A stretch of 58,385 nt of DNA from an uncultured Cytophagia bacterium (GTDB lineage Bacteria > Zhuqueibacterota > Zhuqueibacteria > Residuimicrobiales > Oceaniaggregativiventaceae): the NCBI GenBank assembly GCA_964413725.1, contig CAYPUH010000001.1, forward strand, positions 1-58,385. Reading direction: 5' to 3'. The notes below the pieces were generated by a model that was not told the origin of the DNA, ran no database searches, and saw only the letters and a list, made by a program, of their open reading frames with translations. This document shows positions 28,147-37,379 of the stretch, piece by piece; positions within the stretch are counted from its first letter, which is position 1, and each line of letters starts with the position of its first letter. The position numbers and the translations under genes were made by a program.

Positions 28147-29313
28147 TTACAACCTGTTCAGATCATTTGATATAAAGTGCTCCAGTGAACAAACGTTTAT
28201 CGTCTTCCGGGCATTGTACCGTTCGCCTCTTGGTATGATCACATAATTTTTCTTTGTTTTCAGATCATCGATGGCGATTTGAAATCCCCGACTGATTTTT
28301 GGCGCAGCCGAGTATTTAACTTCTAAACACGATACCGGACGGCCTCCACGAGACAATACCAGATCACTCTCTGTGCCGGCATGAGTCCGGTAGTAATAGA
28401 GCGACAGATCATCCGGCAGGATCTGAATAATCTGTTCAATGACATAACCCTCCCAGGAACTCCCGATATTGACATATCCCTGCAGACTCTCGAAATCCCT
28501 GACACCGAGAAGGGAATGCAAGACTCCGCTGTCACGGATATAGATTTTTGGCGATTTTACCAGGCGTTTTTTGATATTGATGGAAAAAGGCTGAATTCTG
28601 CGTATCAAAAATGCCTCTTCCAAAAAGTCCACATACCGGTTCACGGTAGGGACGGTCACTCCCAACGCATTGGCGAAGGTACTGGCATTCCAGATTCCGC
28701 CATGATAGTGCGCCAGCATGGTCCACAATTTCTGGATCTGTGTCGGAGAGGCAGACAATCCAAGCAGTCGCAAATCCCGCTCTGTATAGGTCTTGATAAA
28801 ATGCTGCAGCCAAAGTTTGTAGGCCTTTTCGGATGGCGCCAAAAACGCTTCCGGGAATCCACCACGGAACCAATGTTGTTCCATCGTCCCTGTTGATTCA
28901 ATTTCTGTCAGATTAAAGGGTGTCAGTTCTTTATAGGCAATCCGTCCGGCAAGGGTTTCTGAACTGTTTTTTAACAATTCAGGTGAAGAGGATCCCAGAA
29001 TCAAAAATCGGCCCGGAACCCGCCTTTTATCGATCAATCCCCTGAACACGGGTAACAGGTCCGGAACATGATGAATCTCATCAATGATGATGCATCGATC
29101 CAAATGCTGTTCCAGATATAATTCCGGATTGTCCATCTTGACCCTGTCCTGTTGCAGCTCCATATCCAGATATTTACACTCTTTGTCCAGTTCAGACATC
29201 AGCTTTTTGGCCAGTGTTGTTTTACCGATCTGGCGCGGGCCAATAATCCCCACCATCGGAAAATAATGGAGCCATTCAAGGATACTCTCAGTCGCATATC
29301 GAGGAATATACAT
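28147..29313 (-). CDS. AAA_14 / DUF4143-type ATPase
   Basis: 388 aa with Walker A (GPRQIGKTT) and Walker B (CIIIDEIH). The C-terminal region is typical of the DUF4143 family. The gene is AT-rich. Confidence 0.85.
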   Translation of the reverse strand: MYIPRYATESILEWLHYFPMVGIIGPRQIGKTTLAKKLMSELDKECKYLDMELQQDRVKMDNPELYLEQHLDRCIIIDEIHHVPDLLPVFRGLIDKRRVPGRFLILGSSSPELLKNSSETLAGRIAYKELTPFNLTEIESTGTMEQHWFRGGFPEAFLAPSEKAYKLWLQHFIKTYTERDLRLLGLSASPTQIQKLWTMLAHYHGGIWNASTFANALGVTVPTVNRYVDFLEEAFLIRRIQPFSINIKKRLVKSPKIYIRDSGVLHSLLGVRDFESLQGYVNIGSSWEGYVIEQIIQILPDDLSLYYYRTHAGTESDLVLSRGGRPVSCLEVKYSAAPKISRGFQIAIDDLKTKKNYVIIPRGERYNARKTINVCSLEHFISNDLNRL

Positions 29314-29317
29314 GAAT

Positions 29318-29358
29318 TACCTTGAAAAATTTAAATTAAAATATGAATTTTCAAGGTA
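29318..29358. promoter_or_regulatory. Near-perfect palindrome TACCTTGAAAAATT / AATTTTCAAGGTA just upstream of the ATPase start
   Basis: The 13-bp arms at 29318-29331 and 29346-29358 pair with one bulged A. The site starts 5 nt upstream of the ATPase ATG (29313). Confidence 0.45.
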
Positions 29359-29382
29359 AATTGATGAAAAAGGGGGTCAAAG

Positions 29383-29613
29383 TCAAGGTGTTTTTTCAAA
29401 AATTGCACGATTTTCGATCTTTTCATTTTTATCATCTCCGGCCAGAGGCTCAAATGGCATTTGAATGTCCCCAAAAAATGGAATCGAAACGTCCCCACCC
29501 TCAAAAACCCTGTGCCATTCCTCATAAAGCGAGGCAATTCTTTTAAACGTTCTCGACAAAAAACTTGATTTTGTAAATAAAAATTCGTTATTATACTTAG
29601 GAAATAAATACAA
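29383..29613 (-). CDS. Hypothetical small protein (possibly a gene remnant) upstream of the AAA ATPase
   Basis: 76-aa ORF. The segment RIASLYEEWHRVFEGGDVSIPFFGDIQMPFEPL looks protein-like, but I recognise no family and see no clear RBS. Confidence 0.3.
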   Translation of the reverse strand: MYLFPKYNNEFLFTKSSFLSRTFKRIASLYEEWHRVFEGGDVSIPFFGDIQMPFEPLAGDDKNEKIENRAIFEKTP

Positions 29614-29875
29614 TTGATTTGAATGGCTTAATTAATATCTTTAACACCCAGGGGAGTATGGTGATTCGAGGCCGTTGTGACATCTGGTGTTCCTTGCGAA
29701 CGTTGACCTGCGAACGCGGGGTTGGGGGGTATCCGTGGTGGCGACGGTGGATGCCGAGGCGACGATCGGGCTCGAATGTCATGCTCGTCCTGGTTCTGAT
29801 CTGATCCTGCCCGTTTATTACCCCAAACTCGACCATAACAACACGATGAATGACCTCATGGACTGAGAGGACCCC

Positions 29876-32800
29876 ATGTCTATTACACATAACAGTTCTA
29901 TACCCGGCCGTCCCCCCCGTCTGGGTCTTTACCATCCGGACTTTGAGCACGATGCCTGTGGTATCGGCTTTGTCGCCGACATCAAACAGGGGGCCTCGCA
30001 TGAGATGTTAGACCGGGCTGTGGACATTCTCGACCATCTCAAGCATCGCGGCGCGGTGGGCGGCGATACCGCTACCGGCGATGGCGCCGGTCTGATGATG
30101 CAGATCCCGGATGCCTTTTTCCGGTCTACTCTGGGAGCCGAGATGACGCTTCCTCCTGAGGGCCACTATGCGGTGGGGATGGTCTTCCTGCCCCAAGATG
30201 CCGAGCAGCGTCGGCGATGCCGTCAGCGCTGCGAAGAGGCCGTTACGGCTCAGGGCGGCGTGATCCTGGGATGGCGCCCGGTGCCGGTGCAGTCCGCCTG
30301 CCTGGGCGAGCTGGCTCGCTCCACCGAGCCGGTGATCGAACAACTGTTCATCGGTCGCGGCGAGATTCCAGCCCTTCGCCTGGAAAGCCGGCTCCTGGTG
30401 ATGCGTCGATGGATGGAAAAAGAGATCCGTGCTGAAGAGGATCCACAGGGCTATTTCTATGTCGCCAGTCTCTCCAGCCACAAGATCGTCTATAAAGGCC
30501 TGATGACCGGCGATCAGATCGCTACCTATTACCCGGATCTGAAACAACCCGAGTGTGCCAGTGCGTATGTGATGGTGCACCAGCGCTACAGCACCAACAC
30601 CTGGCCCACCTGGCCGCTGGCGCAGCCGTTCCGTTTTCTCGCCCATAACGGCGAGATCAACACCTTGCGCGCCAATATCAACCGGATGAAGTCCAGAGAA
30701 CCGCTGATGCAGTCCGACGTCTTTGACACGGACATGGAGACACTGCGTCCTATCATCCAGGAGGGCACCAGCGATTCTTCGGTTTTTGACAACGTCCTGG
30801 AGTTGCTGGTTCTCTCCGGACGCTCGTTGCCGCACGCGATGATGATGATGATCCCCGAGGCGCACGGTCCGCGCATTCCCATGAGTGCGGACAAGCGCGC
30901 CTTTTATGAATACCACTCGGCGTTGATGGAACCCTGGGACGGTCCGGCGGCGGTGACGTTTTGCGATGGCCGCTATATCGGTGCCACCCTGGACCGCAAC
31001 GGTCTGCGTCCGGCCCGCTATACCCTGACGCGCGACGGGTTGATCGTGCTGGCATCCGAGAGCGGTGTTCTCGATATCCCGGCAGACCGGATTCTCCGGC
31101 GGGGACGGTTGCAACCCGGAAAGATGTTTCTGGTGGATCTGGTGCAGCGGCGTGTGGTGCCGGATCAGGAGATAAAGTCGCGCATTGCCCGCCAGCGTCC
31201 CTACCGGCGCTGGATCCGGGAGAACCGCATCGAACTGAGGGGCCTGTTCGCCCCGTCCAAGAATCCGGCCTGTGACGAATCCGTGTTGATTCGTCTGCAG
31301 CATGTGTTTGGATACACGCGCGAAGAGATCCGCATGCTCATCACGCCCATGGCCTCACATGGCCAGGAGCCGGTGGGGTCCATGGGCAATGATGCCGCCC
31401 TGGCCGTGCTTTCTGATCGTCCACAACTTCTCTTTTCCTATTTCAAGCAGCGATTTGCCCAGGTGACCAATCCCCCCATCGATCCGTTGCGGGAAGAGCT
31501 GGTGATGTCTCTGGAGAGCTTTGTGGGCACCGAACAGAACATCCTTCGCGAAGACCCCGAATATTATCGCGGGCTCAAGCTGTCTCATCCCATCCTCACC
31601 CCGGCGGATATGGGACGGATTCGCGAGGCCGATCATCCCGAGATCATCACCCGAGATATCGACATGTTGTTTGCCGTTGAGGAGAACGGACGGAGCATCA
31701 AAGACGATTTACATCGTCTGTTCGAGCAGGCCGAAGCGGCCATAGATGAAGGCGTTACCATGGTGATTCTCAGTGATCAGAATCTGAACCGCAACCAGGC
31801 TCCCCTGCCGGTGCTCCTGGCCGCCTCGGGGTTGCATCAACATCTCATCCGTCGCGGCAAGCGAAACCGGGCCGGCATTATCGTCGAGACCGGTGAAGCC
31901 CGCGAGGTGATTCATTTTGCCCTGTTGATCGCCTATGGTGTGGATGCAATTTCTCCCTATCTTGCTTTTCATACCATCCACCATCTGGCCGAAACGGGCA
32001 TGCTCGCGCATCAGAACTCTCCTCATGTGGCGATGGACGCCTATATCACAGCCATCAAGAAAGGCGTCCTCAAAACCATGAGCCGGATGGGAATTTCCAC
32101 TCTGCACGGATTTTTCGGATCCCAGATTTTTGAAGCGGTGGGTGTCAATGAAGAGGTGGTAGAGACCTATTTTACCGGTACGCCCTCCCGTATCGGTGGC
32201 ATCGGTCTGGAAGAGATGGCTCGCGACGTGAGCCGGCGTCATCTGAACGGATTTCCCGATATGGGGTCACCGGATCCCTTGCTCGAGGCGGGGGGTGTGT
32301 ATCACATCCGTCGTGGCGGGGAGCATCACATGTGGACCACCGAGGCGATCCATCAGCTACAGACGGCGACGCGTCGTCAGGATTATGCCCAGTTCAAATC
32401 CTTTACCGCGCATATGAACGAGCACTCGACGTCACAGGCCACGCTGCGAGGGCTGATGCGAATCCGGGAGCGTCCGTCGATTCCTCTTGAGCGGGTGGAA
32501 CCGGAGGAGGTGATCACCTGCCGGTTTGTGACCGCCGCCATGTCGTTCGGCTCCATCAGCAAGGAGGCGCATGAGGCTCTGGCCATTGCCCTGAACCGGG
32601 TGGGGGGACGCAGCAATTCCGGTGAGGGAGGCGAAGATCCGGTGCGCTATCAGTCGTTGCCCAATGGCGACAGCAAGCGATCGCGCATCAAACAGATCGC
32701 CTCCGGCCGTTTTGGTGTGACCACAGAGTATCTCATGAACGCCGATGAGGTGCAGATCAAGATGGCACAGGGTGCCAAGCCCGGGGAGGGGGGACAGCTG

Positions 32801-34444
32801 CCGGGACACAAGGTGACGGCCGAGATCGCCCGGGTGCGCTATACCACGCCGGGGGTGACTCTGATCTCGCCGCCACCGCATCACGATATCTATTCCATCG
32901 AAGATCTGGCTCAGCTCATCTATGATCTCAAACAGGTCAATCCACGGGTCAACGTTTCGGTGAAACTGGTTTCCGAAGTGGGTGTGGGGACCATCGCCGC
33001 GGGCGTGGCCAAGGCCAATGCCGATCTGGTGTTGATCTCGGGTCACGATGGCGGCACCGGTGCCGCACCGTTGACATCAATCAAATATGCCGGATTGCCC
33101 TGGGAGCTGGGTCTGGCCGAAACACAGCAGACGTTGATTGCCAATCAGCTGCGGTCCCGGATCCGGGTGCAGGTAGACGGGCAGTTGAAAACCGGTCGCG
33201 ATCTGATCGTGGGCGCTTTGCTCGGGGCCGAGGAATTCGGGTTCGGCACCGCGGCTTTGGTCACGCTGGGATGTGTGATGATGCGCAAGTGTCATCTGAA
33301 CACCTGTCCGGTGGGTGTCGCCACGCAGGATGAACGACTGCGACGGCGTTTTTCCGGAACGCCAGAATATGTGGAATGCTATCTGCGATTTTTGGCCCGG
33401 GAGGTCCGGGAATGGCTGGCCGTGCTGGGCTTTGAACGTCTGGATGACCTCATCGGACGCACCGATCTGTTGGACATGTCGCCGGCGATTTCAGAGTGGA
33501 AAGACCGGCATCTCGATCTGCACCGAATCCTGGACGTCCCGGTGCCGGATGAGTCCCGCTACCGGCATCAGACCACCGAGGCGGTGGGGCATGATGTTGA
33601 TGCCCTGGATCATCATCTGATCGAACGATCCGCAGCGGCCCTGAACACAGGATTGCGCACCGAGATACAGATTCCCATTCGCAATGTGCACCGCACGGTG
33701 GGTGCCACACTGAGCGGTCAGTGGATCGAGCGGCACGGGGCCAACGGTCTGCCGGAGGATACGCTTACCGTCCGTTTCACGGGTTCGGCCGGTCAGAGCT
33801 TCGGGGCGTTTCTGGCGCGTGGCATGACCTTTCGATTGTCCGGCGACGCCAACGACACCGTGGGAAAAGGTCTGACCGGAGGGAAGCTGATCGTGGTTCC
33901 GCCCGAGAACGCCCGCTTTGATCCACAGGACAATGTGATCATCGGCAATGTGGCGCTCTATGGTGCCACCTCGGGAGAGCTCTATGTCAATGGTCTGGCT
34001 GGAGAACGGTTTGCGGTGCGAAACAGTGGTGCCCGGGCTGTAGTCGAGGGGGTGGGAGACCATGGCTGTGAATATATGACGGGCGGTGTGGTGGTGGTGC
34101 TGGGACCCACCGGAAATAACTTTGCCGCCGGTATGAGTGGCGGGATCGCTTATGTCTTTGATGAAACGGAACTCTTTGACACGCGATGCAATCTGGATAT
34201 GGTGGATCTGGAATTGGTCTGGAATGCGGAAGATCAGAAAGAGCTCAGGACATTGCTTCAGACCCATTGGGAATTAACCCACAGTCCGCGTGCCCGGATG
34301 ATACTGGATCGCTGGGAGGAGCTGTTGCCGCTGTTTGTCAAAGTGATGCCCATCGATTATCGTCGTTCGCTGGAACGTATGCGGCTGGAAGCGGAAGCGG
34401 ATCTGGAAACCGTCGCCGCCACCGAGGAGGTGTATCATGGCTAG
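29876..34444 (+). CDS. gltB: Glutamate synthase large subunit
   Basis: 1522 aa. It has the Ntn-amidotransferase start (HDACGIGFVA), the FMN/Fe-S central domain and the C-terminal GXGXG domain. Confidence 0.97.
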   Translation: MSITHNSSIPGRPPRLGLYHPDFEHDACGIGFVADIKQGASHEMLDRAVDILDHLKHRGAVGGDTATGDGAGLMMQIPDAFFRSTLGAEMTLPPEGHYAVGMVFLPQDAEQRRRCRQRCEEAVTAQGGVILGWRPVPVQSACLGELARSTEPVIEQLFIGRGEIPALRLESRLLVMRRWMEKEIRAEEDPQGYFYVASLSSHKIVYKGLMTGDQIATYYPDLKQPECASAYVMVHQRYSTNTWPTWPLAQPFRFLAHNGEINTLRANINRMKSREPLMQSDVFDTDMETLRPIIQEGTSDSSVFDNVLELLVLSGRSLPHAMMMMIPEAHGPRIPMSADKRAFYEYHSALMEPWDGPAAVTFCDGRYIGATLDRNGLRPARYTLTRDGLIVLASESGVLDIPADRILRRGRLQPGKMFLVDLVQRRVVPDQEIKSRIARQRPYRRWIRENRIELRGLFAPSKNPACDESVLIRLQHVFGYTREEIRMLITPMASHGQEPVGSMGNDAALAVLSDRPQLLFSYFKQRFAQVTNPPIDPLREELVMSLESFVGTEQNILREDPEYYRGLKLSHPILTPADMGRIREADHPEIITRDIDMLFAVEENGRSIKDDLHRLFEQAEAAIDEGVTMVILSDQNLNRNQAPLPVLLAASGLHQHLIRRGKRNRAGIIVETGEAREVIHFALLIAYGVDAISPYLAFHTIHHLAETGMLAHQNSPHVAMDAYITAIKKGVLKTMSRMGISTLHGFFGSQIFEAVGVNEEVVETYFTGTPSRIGGIGLEEMARDVSRRHLNGFPDMGSPDPLLEAGGVYHIRRGGEHHMWTTEAIHQLQTATRRQDYAQFKSFTAHMNEHSTSQATLRGLMRIRERPSIPLERVEPEEVITCRFVTAAMSFGSISKEAHEALAIALNRVGGRSNSGEGGEDPVRYQSLPNGDSKRSRIKQIASGRFGVTTEYLMNADEVQIKMAQGAKPGEGGQLPGHKVTAEIARVRYTTPGVTLISPPPHHDIYSIEDLAQLIYDLKQVNPRVNVSVKLVSEVGVGTIAAGVAKANADLVLISGHDGGTGAAPLTSIKYAGLPWELGLAETQQTLIANQLRSRIRVQVDGQLKTGRDLIVGALLGAEEFGFGTAALVTLGCVMMRKCHLNTCPVGVATQDERLRRRFSGTPEYVECYLRFLAREVREWLAVLGFERLDDLIGRTDLLDMSPAISEWKDRHLDLHRILDVPVPDESRYRHQTTEAVGHDVDALDHHLIERSAAALNTGLRTEIQIPIRNVHRTVGATLSGQWIERHGANGLPEDTLTVRFTGSAGQSFGAFLARGMTFRLSGDANDTVGKGLTGGKLIVVPPENARFDPQDNVIIGNVALYGATSGELYVNGLAGERFAVRNSGARAVVEGVGDHGCEYMTGGVVVVLGPTGNNFAAGMSGGIAYVFDETELFDTRCNLDMVDLELVWNAEDQKELRTLLQTHWELTHSPRARMILDRWEELLPLFVKVMPIDYRRSLERMRLEAEADLETVAATEEVYHG

Positions 34445-35912
34445 TATATCCGGATTTTTAAACTTCAAGAGAGAGAATACCCTCAAACGACCTGTGTCCG
34501 AGCGAATCCGGGACTTTGGGGAACTGGAGCGGCCGCAACCCGAAGCCGGTCTCAGGCATCAGGCAGAACGGTGCATGGATTGCGGTGTGCCCCATTGTCA
34601 TTCCATGGGATGTCCGCTTTACAATGCCATTCCCGAGTGGAATGAGCTGGTGCATCAGGGACGCTGGCGGGAGGCTCTGGCGGTGATGGATACCAGCAAC
34701 AATTTTCCGGAGTTTACCGGTCGGTTGTGTCCCGCCCCCTGCGAAGACGCCTGTACGCTGACACTGGACGATGCGCCCGTGACCATCCGGCAGATCGAGT
34801 GGGAGATTGCCGAACAGGGATGGCGAAACGGCTGGATCGAGACCCGAACGGCGTCTGTTCGCAGCGGACATCGTGTGGCCATCGTGGGATCCGGACCGGC
34901 GGGTCTGGCCGCGGCTCAGCAACTGGTCCGACGCGGTCATGAGGTGGTGGTCTTTGAGCGATCGGATCGGGCCGGAGGACTGCTTCGGTACGGGATTCCG
35001 GATTTCAAGCTGGAAAAACATATTGTCGATCGTCGTCTGGCTCAGATGAAGACCGAAGGCGTCGTTTTTGAAACCGGAGTCGAAGCCGGCCGGGATATCT
35101 CGTTAAAGTATCTCCGGCGTCAGTTCGATGCGGTGGTGCTGGCGATCGGGTCCACCATTCCCCGCACCCTGACCTGCGACGGCGCCTCACTCGAGGGGGT
35201 ACATACCGCAATGGCTTTCCTGACGCAGCAGAACAGACGGCTGGCGGGTGAACGCATACCCGCACCTCAGGACATCGATGCCCACGGCAGGGATGTGGTG
35301 GTCATTGGCGGCGGAGATACCGGCTCCGATTGCGTGGGCACGGCGATCCGGCAGGGTGCTTGCTCTGTCCGCCAGATCGAGATCCTGCCGCAACCGGTGT
35401 CTTCCATGCCCGGTGCCGGGGCATGGCCGTATCGGGCCCGGATGTTGCGAACCAGCAGTTCACAGGAGGAGGGATGTGACCGAAACTGGAGTCTGCAAAC
35501 CCGACGGCTAAAGGGAGAGAACGGGCATGTTCGGTGCGTGGAGGCCGTGGAGATTGAATGGTCGGAACCGGATTTCCGGGGGCGACAGACGATCAAGGAA
35601 CGTCCCGGCAGTGCACGAGAGTTTCCCGCAGATCTGGTGTTGGTCGCCATGGGATTTCTCCACCCCGATCCCGGCATGTTGCTTTCCGACGTTTCCATTG
35701 AATGCGGTACAAACGGGACCCTGCAGGTCGATACCGCCATGAAAACCACCCTGCCCGATGTGTTTGCGGCAGGCGATTGCGTGATGGGAGCCTCTTTGGT
35801 GGTCCATGCCATTGCCCAGGGACGACGGGTGGCGGCGCACGTGGAAGGATATTTGTATAAAAAAAGCGATCAAGACAGAGGAATTATGGAGGAACATGAG
35901 AAGTACAGGTGA
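34437..35912 (+). CDS. gltD: Glutamate synthase small subunit (NAD(P)H-dependent)
   Basis: 491 aa with Cys clusters (CMDCGVPHC, CPAPCEDAC) and a dinucleotide fold (VAIVGSGPAGLAAA). It overlaps gltB by 8 nt. Confidence 0.95.
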   Translation: MASISGFLNFKRENTLKRPVSERIRDFGELERPQPEAGLRHQAERCMDCGVPHCHSMGCPLYNAIPEWNELVHQGRWREALAVMDTSNNFPEFTGRLCPAPCEDACTLTLDDAPVTIRQIEWEIAEQGWRNGWIETRTASVRSGHRVAIVGSGPAGLAAAQQLVRRGHEVVVFERSDRAGGLLRYGIPDFKLEKHIVDRRLAQMKTEGVVFETGVEAGRDISLKYLRRQFDAVVLAIGSTIPRTLTCDGASLEGVHTAMAFLTQQNRRLAGERIPAPQDIDAHGRDVVVIGGGDTGSDCVGTAIRQGACSVRQIEILPQPVSSMPGAGAWPYRARMLRTSSSQEEGCDRNWSLQTRRLKGENGHVRCVEAVEIEWSEPDFRGRQTIKERPGSAREFPADLVLVAMGFLHPDPGMLLSDVSIECGTNGTLQVDTAMKTTLPDVFAAGDCVMGASLVVHAIAQGRRVAAHVEGYLYKKSDQDRGIMEEHEKYR

Positions 35913-36469
35913 GACAATCGACATGAGAACAGAGTGATAGCCCGGGAAGCCATCCCCAGGCCCTGCCTCCCATGCGTTCTGAGGTCAGATGAAAACATAT
36001 TTCACCATACGACGGTATACATCTCTGGATTGGAGCCGTTTGCCCTGTTGATTGATGACACCCGGGGTCCCCTGTAAACGCGTAAACTTTTGCTTCTGCA
36101 CTTTTAGTAACGTGTGATCTTTTGGTGACCGAGGATATGAATCATTCTCAAATAATCGATACCCTCACGATCGTCAACCCGTTTCAGCAGAATTTGATTG
36201 ACAAACCGGACACAACCGAACCGACTTGATTTTTGACCTCCTCATCTGACGCCTTTGACTTTTTCAGTTTCTGCCATACTGTGCTGCTCTTTTCTCAAAC
36301 CCCATTTGATTTTTTGTTAGAAAAATCTTACCTTTAATGACAGAGTCGACCGGGCAGGAGCTTTGGTTCCGGTTTGCTGAAACTTTGAGTTCTTTTATCG
36401 TATACAAGTCAATAATCGGATTGTGAATTGTAATTCGATCCAACATGAACCAGAAGAGGAGAGATAGAT

Positions 36470-37267
36470 ATGTCACTCTCATTTGACCGTATGACCGTGC
36501 TCAATGAGGGCAAAACCAAAATTATCTATGCCCATCCCGACGATCCGAAAACGGTGTATATGCGTTTCAAGGACGACATCACAGCCGGTGATGGCGTCAA
36601 GCACGACGTGATCGAGGGCAAGGCGCTGGTGGACTGGAAAACAAACCGGGATATCTTTGACTATCTCAACCGCGCTGGGGTTCGCACACACTATGTGGAT
36701 ACTCCTGAAGAAAAGGTTGCTTTGGTCAAGAAGCTGGATCGCAAGATCGATCTGGAAGTGGTGACCCGACGCGTAGCGGCCGGTTCGATTCTCAAATGGG
36801 GGGATGTGGAGGAAGGTGACCGGTTCGATCCGTTGATCACACAGTTTCATTACAAAGACGATTCCCTGCACGATCCCATGCTCGATGACGGGTATATCGA
36901 TTTTCTCATTCAGAAAAAAGGGTCTGATGAGTTCCGTGCCATGTTTGAGATGAATGACGAGATTTTCAAGATTCTGGAACAGGCCTTTGCCCATTTTAAG
37001 GTGCAGCTGATCGATATGAAGCTCGAATACGGTCTCGTTGAGGGAGAGGTAACCCTGATCGACGAGATCACGGGAGGCTCTTTCCGCCTCTGGCCGTATG
37101 GCAAGGATGTTCCCAACCTGGATCAGGAGAATGTTCTCTCCGAGCTCGATCCGCGGGGACGGCTGGACAAAGATACGTACCGTATGGGTGAACAGGGTAA
37201 GAATGTTTTGTCAAAGTTTGAACAGATTGCGACGATTACCTCTCATTTTAAGGATCTGGATGTCTAG
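36470..37267 (+). CDS. purC: Phosphoribosylaminoimidazole-succinocarboxamide (SAICAR) synthase
   Basis: 265 aa with the NEGKTKIIY motif and an overall PurC-like sequence. GAGGAG lies upstream. Confidence 0.92.
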   Translation: MSLSFDRMTVLNEGKTKIIYAHPDDPKTVYMRFKDDITAGDGVKHDVIEGKALVDWKTNRDIFDYLNRAGVRTHYVDTPEEKVALVKKLDRKIDLEVVTRRVAAGSILKWGDVEEGDRFDPLITQFHYKDDSLHDPMLDDGYIDFLIQKKGSDEFRAMFEMNDEIFKILEQAFAHFKVQLIDMKLEYGLVEGEVTLIDEITGGSFRLWPYGKDVPNLDQENVLSELDPRGRLDKDTYRMGEQGKNVLSKFEQIATITSHFKDLDV

Positions 37268-37379
37268 GTTGATTTTTGATTCGGAAAACAGAGAGGTAGA
37301 GCGCTCCTAAAGACGATCCCGTGCGGGATCGTCTTTATCATGTAGGCCTAAATATCATTGAATCATGAAAGGAACAAGA

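Noticed and set aside
29619-29804. 61-aa ORF and the GC-rich block in the gltB leader as a possible leader peptide or glutamine riboswitch.
   Set aside because: The peptide is not enriched in any relevant amino acid, and I could not find glnA-RNA-type conserved elements. It is only a structured GC-rich leader at best.
36330-36400. TCGACCGGGCAGGAG upstream of purC looked faintly like a ZTP (pfl) riboswitch core.
   Set aside because: The obligatory downstream CCGCCTGGG-type pseudoknot partner is missing and I could not draw a convincing helix set.
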